In this document: positions 38,023 through 47,547 of the stretch, piece by piece | Numbering within the stretch: the first letter of the stretch is position 1 | Layout of the letters: every line of letters starts with the position of its first letter | Source of the DNA: Cenarchaeum sp. | Lineage (GTDB): Archaea; Thermoproteota; Nitrososphaeria; Nitrososphaerales; Nitrosopumilaceae | Reading direction: 5' to 3' | DNA: 64,000 bases | NCBI GenBank assembly: GCA_965242695.1 | Contig: CBDESU010000001.1 | Span: forward strand, 1,504,001-1,568,000 | The notes under the pieces: model-generated | Seen by the model: only the letters and a program-made list of their open reading frames with translations | What the model was told of the DNA's origin: nothing | Database searches by the model: none | Made by a program: the position numbers and the translations under genes

Positions 38023-38875
38023 CGGGCACACCCGGCTTCTGAACATGTTCATAGGCCTGTGCAACAGTAGCCCCACGTGGCCCACATTGCTCTACGACAT
38101 GGACTATGACATCATATTGATCGAGGAGAAGATAGCAGTGGGCAGGCATGCTACGGCTACCCCCGACCTTGTCGCATACTCTGGAAAGCATTCACATGCG
38201 ATCGTGGTCGAGTCCAAAAGTGGCCGCTCCATACAGTCCCACCAAGACGGATCCTATTCCATGCTTTCCACATCAGACCTTAAGCGGGGGGTCGTGGCCA
38301 CGGACTCGAAATTGAGCGGGCACGTAGCATGCTACGTCGTCAACCGCGACAACTATCCCAAGCTTGCAAGGCAGACGCGGCTTCCCTTCATAGTGTTCGG
38401 GAACGCCGTGGAGGGGCACGGCAACTTCGGAGAGAAGTCCCTCGACAAGGCCCTACACGCCGGAGCGCCGCTAAAAGGAATGCTAGAGCCGATTGCATAC
38501 TATCCGTTTTCCCACGGAGAGGATATCCGCATCATTGTTCCCCATGTGATCTCGGCGGTGATCTCCCTCATCCGGAATCCGGCAACCCGCTTAACCTTTG
38601 ACATAAATCGCCCCGATGCCGCCCACTCCGTTCTGACCATGGTGCATCCATACCACTCGGTGCTGGGACGCAAAGAAAAGACAGCGCTGACAAGAAAGAT
38701 ACGAAAGATCATCAAACAACTAATGCGTGAGAACCCAGAGCTTGCCGAGCAGGCCAAAAAAGTGCAGGGGCAAAGATCGACTCCGCAAGCGATCCATATG
38801 TTTGTGTCCGCGTGCCAGAAGGTAGGCAAGGACTACGCCGATCAGGGCAGGATCGACGGCGAGCGCTGGCAGTAG
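38012..38875 (+). CDS. PD-(D/E)xK-superfamily nuclease-like protein
   Basis: E...TPDLVAY......IVVESKSG.....Q...Y motif arrangement. Confidence 0.7.
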   Translation: MLASGHTRLLNMFIGLCNSSPTWPTLLYDMDYDIILIEEKIAVGRHATATPDLVAYSGKHSHAIVVESKSGRSIQSHQDGSYSMLSTSDLKRGVVATDSKLSGHVACYVVNRDNYPKLARQTRLPFIVFGNAVEGHGNFGEKSLDKALHAGAPLKGMLEPIAYYPFSHGEDIRIIVPHVISAVISLIRNPATRLTFDINRPDAAHSVLTMVHPYHSVLGRKEKTALTRKIRKIIKQLMRENPELAEQAKKVQGQRSTPQAIHMFVSACQKVGKDYADQGRIDGERWQ

Positions 38876-39278
38876 CACGTGGCCGCCAATCTAGCGGGCA
38901 CATCGCAGTGCGAATAGGCAAAGTCGACGGGCGATCCCAAGGCACAATGCGCCCCCCCCCCTCCCTCCACGCCCGCTTGCCGTCCGCTCCGCATGCGGCG
39001 CCGCATGTCGGCAAATGTGGGCAGGATGCGTTCCAGTCCTCCGTCTGCCTCCGATTTTGCCGGTGGCCTTGCCGCGCCGGGCGCCGCGTCCTGCGCGCCT
39101 ACGCGAGATCTTGCCCACTACACGGGGTCCGGCGCCTTGGCAGGCCCTGCCGCCGCCATGGGCCGCGTGCGCCACATGAGCGCCTCCCCGCCATCGGCCA
39201 GCCCTGCGCCCCGCCCGCAAGCCGCCGGGCGCCGGCCGGCCGCACAGACTTATTTACCCGCGCTCGGCGGGCCGCCCA

Positions 39279-40373
39279 ATGGCGGGCCTCAAGTTCGGCA
39301 TCCAGAACGGCCTGAACGTGGCCCGCGCCGGCTACACCGAGGACCAGATACTGACGGCCTGCGTGCTAGCCGACAAGACGGGGTACGACTCGATCTTCTA
39401 CATGGACCACACGAACGTCCCGCAGTGGCGCAACGCGATCGTCCTGGACCCGTGGGTCATGCTCTCGTCGATCGCGGCCATGACGCGCAACGTAGAGCTC
39501 GGCACGTGCGTCACGGACGCCATACGCCGCCACCCGTCGAACATAGCCCTGGCCTCAATCACGCTCGACCGCGTCTCGCAGGGGCGCGCCATCCTCGGCA
39601 TCGGCGCCGGCGAGGCGCAGAACCTCAAGGAGTTTTGCATACCGTTCGAAAAGCCCGTCAGCAAGTGGGCCGAGCAGATCGAGGTCATCCGCTCCCTGTA
39701 CGGCTCGTCGCCGGACAACACGGTCGACTACAAGGGCAAGTACTACGAGCTCCAGGGTGCGTGCCTCCAGGCGCCGCCCATACGCAAGCCGCACCCGCCG
39801 ACGTACATGGCCGCCGGCGGCAAGCGCACGCTCGAGCTGACCGGCAAGCTCGGCGACGGCTGGCTGCCCATCGGGTACACGCCCGAGCTGTTCGAGGACC
39901 ACCGCCGCCAGATCGAGGCGTCGATGGAAAAGCACGGGCGGCCGCAGCAGGAGAGGGACGACTTCCAGATGGCCCTGGACATCGACGTGTACTTTTCCGA
40001 GGACGCCGAAGAGTCGTGGGCCAAGATGAAGGAGGCCGTAAAGGTGAGCCTGTTCAAGCCCGAGGTGCTGCGCGTGCACGGCCTAAAGGAGATCGAAGGA
40101 TTCGACTTTGTCAAGTACTTTACAGAGTACTCGATGTCCAACCAGGAGTGGATCGTAAAGATGCGCGAGGCGGCCCGCAAGATACCCGACGCGATAGCCC
40201 GCTCGTCGACCGCGATCGGCACGCCCGACGACATCATACCGACGTTCGAGCGGTTCGTAGAGGCAGGCGTCAACCACTTTGTCATACGGTTCTGGGGCAA
40301 GGACTACTTTGGCAGCATACACAAGTTCTCGACGTACGTGATGCCGCGCCTCCGCGAGGCGTACGCAAAGTAG
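39279..40373 (+). CDS. LLM-class (probably F420-dependent) oxidoreductase
   Basis: GYDSIFYMDH, DPWV.L, LGTCVT..IRRHP, GRAILGIGAGE and GDGWLP motifs. Confidence 0.92.
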   Translation: MAGLKFGIQNGLNVARAGYTEDQILTACVLADKTGYDSIFYMDHTNVPQWRNAIVLDPWVMLSSIAAMTRNVELGTCVTDAIRRHPSNIALASITLDRVSQGRAILGIGAGEAQNLKEFCIPFEKPVSKWAEQIEVIRSLYGSSPDNTVDYKGKYYELQGACLQAPPIRKPHPPTYMAAGGKRTLELTGKLGDGWLPIGYTPELFEDHRRQIEASMEKHGRPQQERDDFQMALDIDVYFSEDAEESWAKMKEAVKVSLFKPEVLRVHGLKEIEGFDFVKYFTEYSMSNQEWIVKMREAARKIPDAIARSSTAIGTPDDIIPTFERFVEAGVNHFVIRFWGKDYFGSIHKFSTYVMPRLREAYAK

Positions 40374-40403
40374 CGCGCAGCCGGTGCCGGCCGGCGTCGG
40401 CGC

Positions 40404-40655
40404 CTACGCATTGCGCGGCCCGATCAGCAGGCGGATCATCTCTGGGGTGAACGACGCGGCATGCCTGTTGCGCGTGCGCAGGATGCGCTCTCCTAGCGCG
40501 GCCATGTCCGTGCACTTTTCGGCCATCTCGTTGGCCTCCCTCTCCTCGGCAGAGAGCGTTGCCGGCAGGGGCGTCTCGCGGGCCATGTAGTCGAAGAATG
40601 CCCTGTTCTCGTCTATGATGCGGCGGACGGCATCCTCAAATGGTTTATCTCCCAT
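40404..40655 (-). CDS. Small protein downstream of Fic/Doc gene (putative antitoxin)
   Basis: 83-aa ORF overlapping the Doc-like gene by 11 nt. Confidence 0.55.
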   Translation of the reverse strand: MGDKPFEDAVRRIIDENRAFFDYMARETPLPATLSAEEREANEMAEKCTDMAALGERILRTRNRHAASFTPEMIRLLIGPRNA

Positions 40656-41070
40656 GCCGCCTCAGCCGAGGCCACAGGTATATCTGTGTTTTCGCCACCG
40701 TGTCGGGATCTAGGTACGCCCTGCGCCCCTGTATTTCGAAAAGTAGGCGCCGGAGGTGATCATCACCACCATCACCTCCCGGGCAGTCAAAGTCGAACCC
40801 GTTGCGGTTCAGCATCAACCTTGCTAGCGCCACGCCGGTCCTCTTGTTGGCGCCAGCGAACGGCTGGGCCCACGCGGTGCCGCACATAACGGTTGCAGCC
40901 TTGGCGCAGATGCCAGATGCCTTGTCGGTAAGATCAAGCACCTCTTGCATCCGTTCAGCGGCGAACGCAACGGCCTCGAAGGCCCCGGGGTTAGACTCGA
41001 GGTATGCCTCGACTATGACCTCATTGATGCGCCTAGCCTCGTCCAAGGTTGGCAGTCCACCGCCGTCCAT
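40645..41070 (-). CDS. Fic/Doc-family protein
   Basis: KAA......WAQPFAGANKRTG.......L..NG motif (Doc-type, His replaced by Gln). Confidence 0.85.
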   Translation of the reverse strand: MDGGGLPTLDEARRINEVIVEAYLESNPGAFEAVAFAAERMQEVLDLTDKASGICAKAATVMCGTAWAQPFAGANKRTGVALARLMLNRNGFDFDCPGGDGGDDHLRRLLFEIQGRRAYLDPDTVAKTQIYLWPRLRRHGR

Positions 41071-41360
41071 CTAGTCGCGGGGCGGAAGCGGGCGCTATAT
41101 TGCTTTTGTTCGGCACATGTCGCATAGCGCGCGTGGTGCCGTCACAAGCACACTCCGTTCGCCCCGGCCCACAAGGCTGTAGATCGCTCGCCGCATGCAG
41201 TGAGGGGGGTGCATGTGGGTTCTGACAAACAGGTAGCCAAGATTCCGCAATGGAATTGCATCGCGGGCAGGATGCCCCACCGCGCGACATCCAGCCGGAC
41301 GCCCGATGCAAGCGCCGCGGCCCGCCAAGCATTATAACGCGCGCGCCGGCCGCGGGCCGC

Positions 41361-42653
41361 GTGGCATTCGGGCGCACGCACGACATGGCCGGCCTCGACG
41401 AGTCGCTCGTCGGGCAGGAGGTCGGCATCGGCGGGTGGGTCGAGGACGTGCGCGGCATGGCGCGCATGACGTTCCTCGCCCTGCGCGACTCGACGGGCAG
41501 GGCGCAGGTCGTCGTAAAGGGCGACGATGCCGCCGTGTCGGCGGCAGCCTCCATCCCGCGCCAGAGCGCCGTCGTCGCAAGGGGAAGGGTCCAGGCCACG
41601 CGGGCGCGCGGCCTGTCAGTCGAGGTCGCCGCCGACTCTGTCGACGTGCTCGGCAGGGCATCGCCCCGCCTCCCGATCGACCCGACCGGCCGCCTCGAGA
41701 GCGGCCTGGACCTGCGCCTTGACGCGCGCGCGCTCGACATGCGCGGGCGCCGCGCGCCGGCCGTCTTTCGCATGCGGCACCACGCGCTTGCCGCGATCCG
41801 TGACGAGCTGTCGTCGGCCGGATTCACCGAGATTACGACGCCAAAGATCATCGGCAGCGCGAGCGAGGGCGGGGCCAACCTGTTCTCGCTAGAGTACTTT
41901 GGCAGGACGGCGTACCTGGCGCAGAGCCCGCAGCTGTACAAGGAGCAGATGACGATGGGGCTCGAGCGCGTCTACGAGATCGCCAACTTTTACCGGGCCG
42001 AAAAGTCGCACACGGGTCGGCACCTGACCGAGTTTACATCCGTAGACATAGAGGCCGCATTCATGGACTATACCGACGTCATGGACGTGCTCGAGGGGCT
42101 CGTCTCGGCAGTCTGCGCCCGCCTGTCCTCCAGGTGCGGGGCCGAGGCAGGGGAGCTGGGCGCGAGCATACCGAGCCCGAAGAGGCCGTTCGAGCGCGTA
42201 ACATACGGGCAGGCCGTGGCCGAGCTTGCAGAGGCCGGCGAGCCCGTAGAGTCCGGCGCAGACCTGCTCGACTCGCACCTGCGCATCATCGGCAGGAACC
42301 ACCCGGGGTTCTTCTTCCTGACCGACTGGCCGACGGCGCTAAAGCCGTTCTACATACGCGCAAAGGACGACGATCCGTCCCTGTCGAGGTCGTTCGACCT
42401 GCAGCACGGGTACCTCGAGCTGTCCTCGGGCGGGACGCGCCTGCACGACCCCGGCGCGATCGAGGAGCGCCTGCGCGGGCAGGGGCTCGACCCCGCGCAG
42501 TTCGCCGGCCACCTGAAGACGTTCGAGTGGGGCATGCCGCCGCACTCTGGGTGGGGGATGGGCCTGGACAGGCTCGTAGCCGTAATGGCCGGCCTGGACA
42601 ACGTGCGCGAGGCCGTCCTGTACCCGCGCGACCCCGACAGGCTCTCGCCGTAG
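41361..42653 (+). CDS. aspS: Aspartate--tRNA(Asp/Asn) ligase, archaeal type
   Basis: OB-fold GWV...R, SEGGA.LF, LAQSPQLYK, YRAE....RHL.EF and GMPPH.GWG.G.DR motifs. Confidence 0.95.
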   Translation: MAFGRTHDMAGLDESLVGQEVGIGGWVEDVRGMARMTFLALRDSTGRAQVVVKGDDAAVSAAASIPRQSAVVARGRVQATRARGLSVEVAADSVDVLGRASPRLPIDPTGRLESGLDLRLDARALDMRGRRAPAVFRMRHHALAAIRDELSSAGFTEITTPKIIGSASEGGANLFSLEYFGRTAYLAQSPQLYKEQMTMGLERVYEIANFYRAEKSHTGRHLTEFTSVDIEAAFMDYTDVMDVLEGLVSAVCARLSSRCGAEAGELGASIPSPKRPFERVTYGQAVAELAEAGEPVESGADLLDSHLRIIGRNHPGFFFLTDWPTALKPFYIRAKDDDPSLSRSFDLQHGYLELSSGGTRLHDPGAIEERLRGQGLDPAQFAGHLKTFEWGMPPHSGWGMGLDRLVAVMAGLDNVREAVLYPRDPDRLSP

Positions 42654-42713
42654 CGCGCGGGCCCCCGCATACTTGGGAATATCCTTTAATGCAAAACGGG
42701 GCGGCCGCTCTGC

Positions 42714-43547
42714 ATGGGCGCGGACGTGACCCTGGCGATAGCGGCCCTTGCGGGCCTCGGCTCGTTCGTCGCCCCGTGCGTCCTGCCGATGATCCCCGCG
42801 TTCCTTGCGTACATATCGGGCACGACCGTCTCGGAGATGGCGCGCGCGGCGCCAGGCGGGGCCGCCTCGGGGGGGACCCCGAGGCGCGGCATGGATGGCC
42901 CCGGCAGGACGGCGGCGGCCGCGGCGGGGGCGGCGGCGGCGACCGTGCCCGACCCCGCCGCCTCTGTGAGCCGCGCCGGCATCATGCTCAACACGGCGTT
43001 CTTCGTCCTCGGCTTTTCCGTCGTGTTCGCAGCCGTCGGGGCCCTGATAAACAGCGTCCTGGCCGAGTCCGCCTCGGGGTTCGTGTCGGGGTTCAACCAG
43101 GTCGGAGGCGCCATCATAATCGCGTTCGGCGCGTTCATGCTGCTCTCGACGCGCGTGCGCTTCCTCAACCTCGAGAGGCGCCTCGTCCCCAGGAGGGCGG
43201 GCGCGAGCTACCCGATGTCGTTCGTGTTCGGCCTGTCGTTTGCCGCCGGATGGACGCCGTGCGTGGGGCCCGTCCTGGGCACGATACTGACCCTTGCGGC
43301 GGCGACGCCGTCGACTGCGTTCGGGCTGCTGCTCGCGTACTCGCTCGGCCTGGGCGTGCCGTTCCTGCTGATGGGGGCGTTCTTCTCGCGGGCCACCCCC
43401 GTCATACGCGCCATGGGCCGCCACATGAGGCACTACACGGTCGCCGTCGGCCTGCTCATAGTGCTGCTCGGCGCGCTTGTGATCACGGGCCAGCTCTCGC
43501 ACCTGGCCAGCTTTCCCCTCCTCAACGAGCTGGTGCTGCTCGGATGA
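42714..43547 (+). CDS. ccdA: Cytochrome c biogenesis CcdA/DsbD-like membrane protein
   Basis: SFVAPCVLPMIP and GWTPCVGP cysteine motifs with TM helices. Confidence 0.9.
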   Translation: MGADVTLAIAALAGLGSFVAPCVLPMIPAFLAYISGTTVSEMARAAPGGAASGGTPRRGMDGPGRTAAAAAGAAAATVPDPAASVSRAGIMLNTAFFVLGFSVVFAAVGALINSVLAESASGFVSGFNQVGGAIIIAFGAFMLLSTRVRFLNLERRLVPRRAGASYPMSFVFGLSFAAGWTPCVGPVLGTILTLAAATPSTAFGLLLAYSLGLGVPFLLMGAFFSRATPVIRAMGRHMRHYTVAVGLLIVLLGALVITGQLSHLASFPLLNELVLLG

Positions 43548-44797
43548 CCGGCGAAAAAAGGCCGGCGGGCAGGGCCGCGCTCTACACGGGGATCGGCGTG
43601 GCCGCGACGGTCGCCGCGCTCGCCGTCGGCCTTGCCGCGCTCGACGACCAGGCGGCGACCGTCGGCGGCCCCGGGGGATCCGCAACGGGAATGCCGCCCG
43701 ACGCGCCCGTCACCGCGGCCGGCACGATAGACAAGTCGCGGTTCCGCCAGGCGCCCGGGCTTGCCGGCATCGCCGCCTACATCAACACGGCCGGCGCCGA
43801 CGAGCTCGCCGCCGAGATCGACGGCAAGGTCGTCCTGTACGACATCTGGACGTACTCTTGCATCAACTGCATCCGGACGCTCCCGCACCTGACGGCCTGG
43901 TCCGAAAAGTACGCCGAGGACGGCCTCGTCGTCGTCGGCGTGCACTCGCCCGAGTTCGAGTTCGAAAAGGACGAGTCGAACGTGCGCCGCGCCGTGGAAA
44001 AGCACGGGATAGCATACCCCGTCGTAATGGACAACGACATGGAGACGTGGGACGCCTTCAAGAACCGCTACTGGCCGCACCGCTTCCTGGCCGACCACGA
44101 GGGGTACATCCGGTACGACCACATCGGCGAGGGCGCGTACCCCGAGACCGAGCGCGTCCTGCAGGGGCTGCTCGCCGAGAGGTCTGCCGCGCTCGGCGCG
44201 GCTGCCGGGGAGGCTCCCGAGCCAGTCGGCGCATCCGATGCCGCCGGCATGGATCTCGTCGACCTCGAGGCTTTCGAGCACACGCGGTTCATGACGCCCG
44301 AGCTGTACCTCGGGTACGCGTTCGCGTACGGCCGCAGCCACCTCGGAAACGCCGAGGGGTTCTCGCCCGGCTCGGACGTAGAGTACGCGCTGCCCGCGGC
44401 GGCCGGCGAGCGGCGCGACCTGTTCTACGTCGGCGGCACGTGGGCCAACGAGGAGGGCCACATGCGGCTCGTCTCCGAGTCCGGCTCGATCGTCGTCCGC
44501 TACTATGCAAAGGAGGTCAATATAGTCGCCGGCGGCGATGCCGAGATCGAGGTCACCGTCGACGGCAGGCCGGTTCCCGAGGGGCTGCGCGGATCGGACA
44601 TGGGCGTACCGGCGGCGCCCGGAGCCCCCGCGGGCGGCCAGGCGCAGGCCGAGGTGTCGGACGCCCCAGCCACCGTCGTCCCCGTCGCGGGCCACGACCT
44701 GTACAACGTCGTCAGCGGCGGGCAGGCCGAGGAGCACGTCCTGCGGCTCGACGTGAGGGGGCCCGGCCTGGCGGTGTACACGTTCACGTTCGGGTAG
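43544..44797 (+). CDS. DipZ-like membrane-anchored thioredoxin/redoxin
   Basis: N-terminal TM, WTYSCINC.RT, GVHSPEF.FEK, NRYWP, HIGEG.Y, TPELYLG and C-terminal YTFTFG. Confidence 0.9.
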   Translation: MTGEKRPAGRAALYTGIGVAATVAALAVGLAALDDQAATVGGPGGSATGMPPDAPVTAAGTIDKSRFRQAPGLAGIAAYINTAGADELAAEIDGKVVLYDIWTYSCINCIRTLPHLTAWSEKYAEDGLVVVGVHSPEFEFEKDESNVRRAVEKHGIAYPVVMDNDMETWDAFKNRYWPHRFLADHEGYIRYDHIGEGAYPETERVLQGLLAERSAALGAAAGEAPEPVGASDAAGMDLVDLEAFEHTRFMTPELYLGYAFAYGRSHLGNAEGFSPGSDVEYALPAAAGERRDLFYVGGTWANEEGHMRLVSESGSIVVRYYAKEVNIVAGGDAEIEVTVDGRPVPEGLRGSDMGVPAAPGAPAGGQAQAEVSDAPATVVPVAGHDLYNVVSGGQAEEHVLRLDVRGPGLAVYTFTFG

Positions 44798-44911
44798 GGC
44801 CGCCGGCGGGCGGCGCGACCGCCCTGTCACCGCCGCCCGTGTATCCGCGGATACGCCGGCCGCGGATACACCGCGCATTAAAGCCGGCCCCGCCACCAAG
44901 CGCGGACGCGC

Positions 44912-45583
44912 ATGCACACCAAATGGACGGACTCTGGGAGGCGGGCGAACCTGTCGGGCAGGGTAATGTCCAGGGTGCGCCACGAGGCGCCCCTCAAGAG
45001 CCGCATAGCGGCCGCCCGCGGCGGCCTCGGTTCGCAGGTCGAAAAGCTCGCATCCCTTGACGAAAAGCTCAGGCGCAAGGAGCGGGGCATATTCGAGAGG
45101 ATCGTCGCGGCCACAAAGTCCAACGACCACGCGCACGCGCGCATGTACGCGTCGGAGCTAGCCGAGGTGCGCAAGATACTGCGCATCGTGGACAACGCAA
45201 AGCTGTCGCTCGAGCAGATACGGATACGCCTCGACACCATCTCCGAGATGGGCGACATCGTCGTGACGCTCACGCCGTGCATGGCCGTCATCAAGGACGT
45301 GAGCGCGTCAGTCGGCGGGCTCATCCCCGAGGCGAACTCTTCCATAGGCGACCTCTCGCGCATACTCGGCGAGGTCCTGTCCGACTCGCAGGTCGGCGAC
45401 GCGGCCGTCTCGGCCGCCGGCGCGGCCGTCTCGGCCGGCGCGGCCGGCGGCGCGAGCCCCGAGGCGTCTAGCATACTCGACGAGGCGCAGGCGCTCGTCG
45501 CCGGCCAGGCCAAGGCGAGCCTGCCCGACCTGCCCGACAACCTCAAGCAGGACATACTGAGCCGGCGCGAGGCGTACGCCTAG
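44912..45583 (+). CDS. cdvB: ESCRT-III/Snf7-family protein (CdvB paralog)
   Basis: Coiled coil with A.MYASELAEVRK, LSLEQI.IRL.TI.E.GD, IPEA and ILDEA...LP.LP. Confidence 0.85.
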   Translation: MHTKWTDSGRRANLSGRVMSRVRHEAPLKSRIAAARGGLGSQVEKLASLDEKLRRKERGIFERIVAATKSNDHAHARMYASELAEVRKILRIVDNAKLSLEQIRIRLDTISEMGDIVVTLTPCMAVIKDVSASVGGLIPEANSSIGDLSRILGEVLSDSQVGDAAVSAAGAAVSAGAAGGASPEASSILDEAQALVAGQAKASLPDLPDNLKQDILSRREAYA

Positions 45584-45924
45584 GGATCGGGGACCTTTTC
45601 GGCAAGCGCCTTCTTTATCCGGGATATGGTCGGGTAGCTGTACCCCTTGCGGCGGTAGCTCTGTATCATCGTCTTCCAGTTGTCCAGGCGCCACCTCGCC
45701 TGCTCGCCCGTCACCGAGTGCACCTCGCGCCGTATGATGCTCTTGCGGCCGACCCTCAGGGCGCCGGCCTCGCTGGCCGCGCGGCGGCTCTCGGCGAACT
45801 TTAGGCCGGCGAGTATGTCCTCGACCGGCATCGCCTCAAAGTAGCGCCGCAGCTGCGCCTCCTGCTCGGGCGAGGGCCCGCCGCCGCGGACGGGCAGCTC
45901 GACGGTGCGCCGCTCGGGTTCCAC
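45580..45924 (-). CDS. Conserved hypothetical protein (thaumarchaeal)
   Basis: LRVGRKSII..EVHSVT.EQA.WRL.NWK.MI..YRRKGYSYPTISRIKK. GTG start inferred. Confidence 0.75.
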   Translation of the reverse strand: MEPERRTVELPVRGGGPSPEQEAQLRRYFEAMPVEDILAGLKFAESRRAASEAGALRVGRKSIIRREVHSVTGEQARWRLDNWKTMIQSYRRKGYSYPTISRIKKALAEKVPDP

Positions 45925-46115
45925 GGATGCGGCCGAATGCGCCCCGCTAAAAAGGGCGCCGGCGCAGCGGCCCGCCGCCGCGCAGGCGCCCGCACCCGCG
46001 ATCCTGCGGCCCGTGTTCCCGGCCGGCGCACGCCCGGATGCCGGAACAGGGCGCGCCCTTTTCACCCCTGCCGCCGGCCCCGGGCATATGCAGGGCGAGG
46101 AATCGTACCGCCGCG

Positions 46116-47396
46116 TCACGCCGGCCCGCGGGCCGATGCCGCAATCCGCCCGGCATCATCCCTCTCCGCATCCCTGGCTGCCCACTCGTCGGGCACCTGC
46201 AGCAGCTCGCCCCTCTCGACCCTCTCGATGAACTCGCCCATTGGAATCGACTCGTCGTTCTTCCTGCTGCGGATCACCTCTTCGCGGTGCCTCCTGAACT
46301 CGTCGCGCGCCCTGCGCCCCTTGGCGGTGATGCGGTAGACGTCGAACCTGCTGTACCCGGACGGGTTCCTGCAGTGCAGCTCGATCAGGCCGTCCCTCAC
46401 GGCCTCCCTTAGGCGCTCGTCCGCATCGTCGCCGACCCACTCCGCCACGTACTTTAGGTCTTCCTCCTGCATCAGCTCCACCCCGCGCAGGGCGGGAATG
46501 ACGGGGTTCAGGGGGCGCGGCAACGAGCGCATGTACCGGCTGTATAGCTTTAGCTGCTCACCGAATGACACCCGCTTTTCCATACTTGGCAATGATCTCC
46601 GCCTTCCTACGCCTAGTAGTAGTATATTAACATGATCCGACGGCGGAATCGGACACCCCGCATGAAGGTGAACTTCCCCTTCACCGGCGTAGGTGGCGTC
46701 CTTTTCAGTGCCAAACCGTTCTTTTGGGCTTATTTGCATGCGCGGGTACGGAGAGTAGCGGACGGGTTGGATCCAGCCCCTGAGTGATCGCACGTCGTAT
46801 GTGATCTGGGCGGCGGCGTCCGCGTCCAAGGACGGATTCGACTCTCCCACTGTGGTGGACACCCTATCCTGCGAGTCGCCTGCTTTCCGCCATCGCCCGT
46901 GCAGGTAGTTGCCAAGTTCGTCCACATCCCCTATGAACCGGTGCAGTTTGTCCGCCTTTTTTGTGGCCCTGACATGAGCCACGTTAAAACCTTCTAGGCA
47001 CTATACGAGATGCCGCCACTCGCCGTAGATGCTCTTGCCGTCTGCGTCTGTGATCCGGCCGCTTTTGAGCCATTCGCTCATGATGCTGTCGGCTGTCGAA
47101 TGTTCCGACGTAGATAGCGCCTTTGCAAATACTGTCATGTCCGTGTCAAATGCCAACTGGGCATTCGCCACATTAACGAGATTCTTTCCCAAGGGCGCAT
47201 TGGCAAAGTCCACATCCGGCGCCTTGTTGAAGTCGACGCCTTCTTTGATGCCGTAGTAGTCAGCCGCATCCATGATCTTGTTTATGCTCAGGTTGTGGTC
47301 TTTGATGACTACACGCGCGTCTTGTGATATGCCATCACCATTATGTTGCCGCCAGCCGGATGACTCGTGCCTTGGGATGTATTTTCGAATGTCCAT
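46116..47396 (-). pseudogene. ADP-ribosyltransferase-like domain fused to a winged helix, interrupted by one in-frame TAG (47001-47003)
   Basis: ORFs 47001..47480 and 46116..46982 share a frame and are separated only by TAG. R-S-E-like motifs KLHRF / VSTT / YAGEGEV, then C-terminal GLIE...YRITAKGR wHTH. The wHTH part may also be expressed alone from ATG 46583. Confidence 0.5.
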
Positions 47397-47547
47397 TTTT
47401 TGGCGCCCGTGCGGCCACAATTTAAGCCAAGCGTGTCGCGCTTTCGGCCCTCTCTGCGCACCTGCCCTCTTCGGCGCCATGTCGACTTGGGCGCACGACA
47501 GCCATGCGCCGCCGCGCGTGTCCGCTATACTTGGACTGGAATGGCGC

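Noticed and set aside
42134-43543. 887-aa ORF fused to the redoxin
   Set aside because: The upstream part is a shadow frame over aspS/ccdA. The redoxin starts at ATG 43544.
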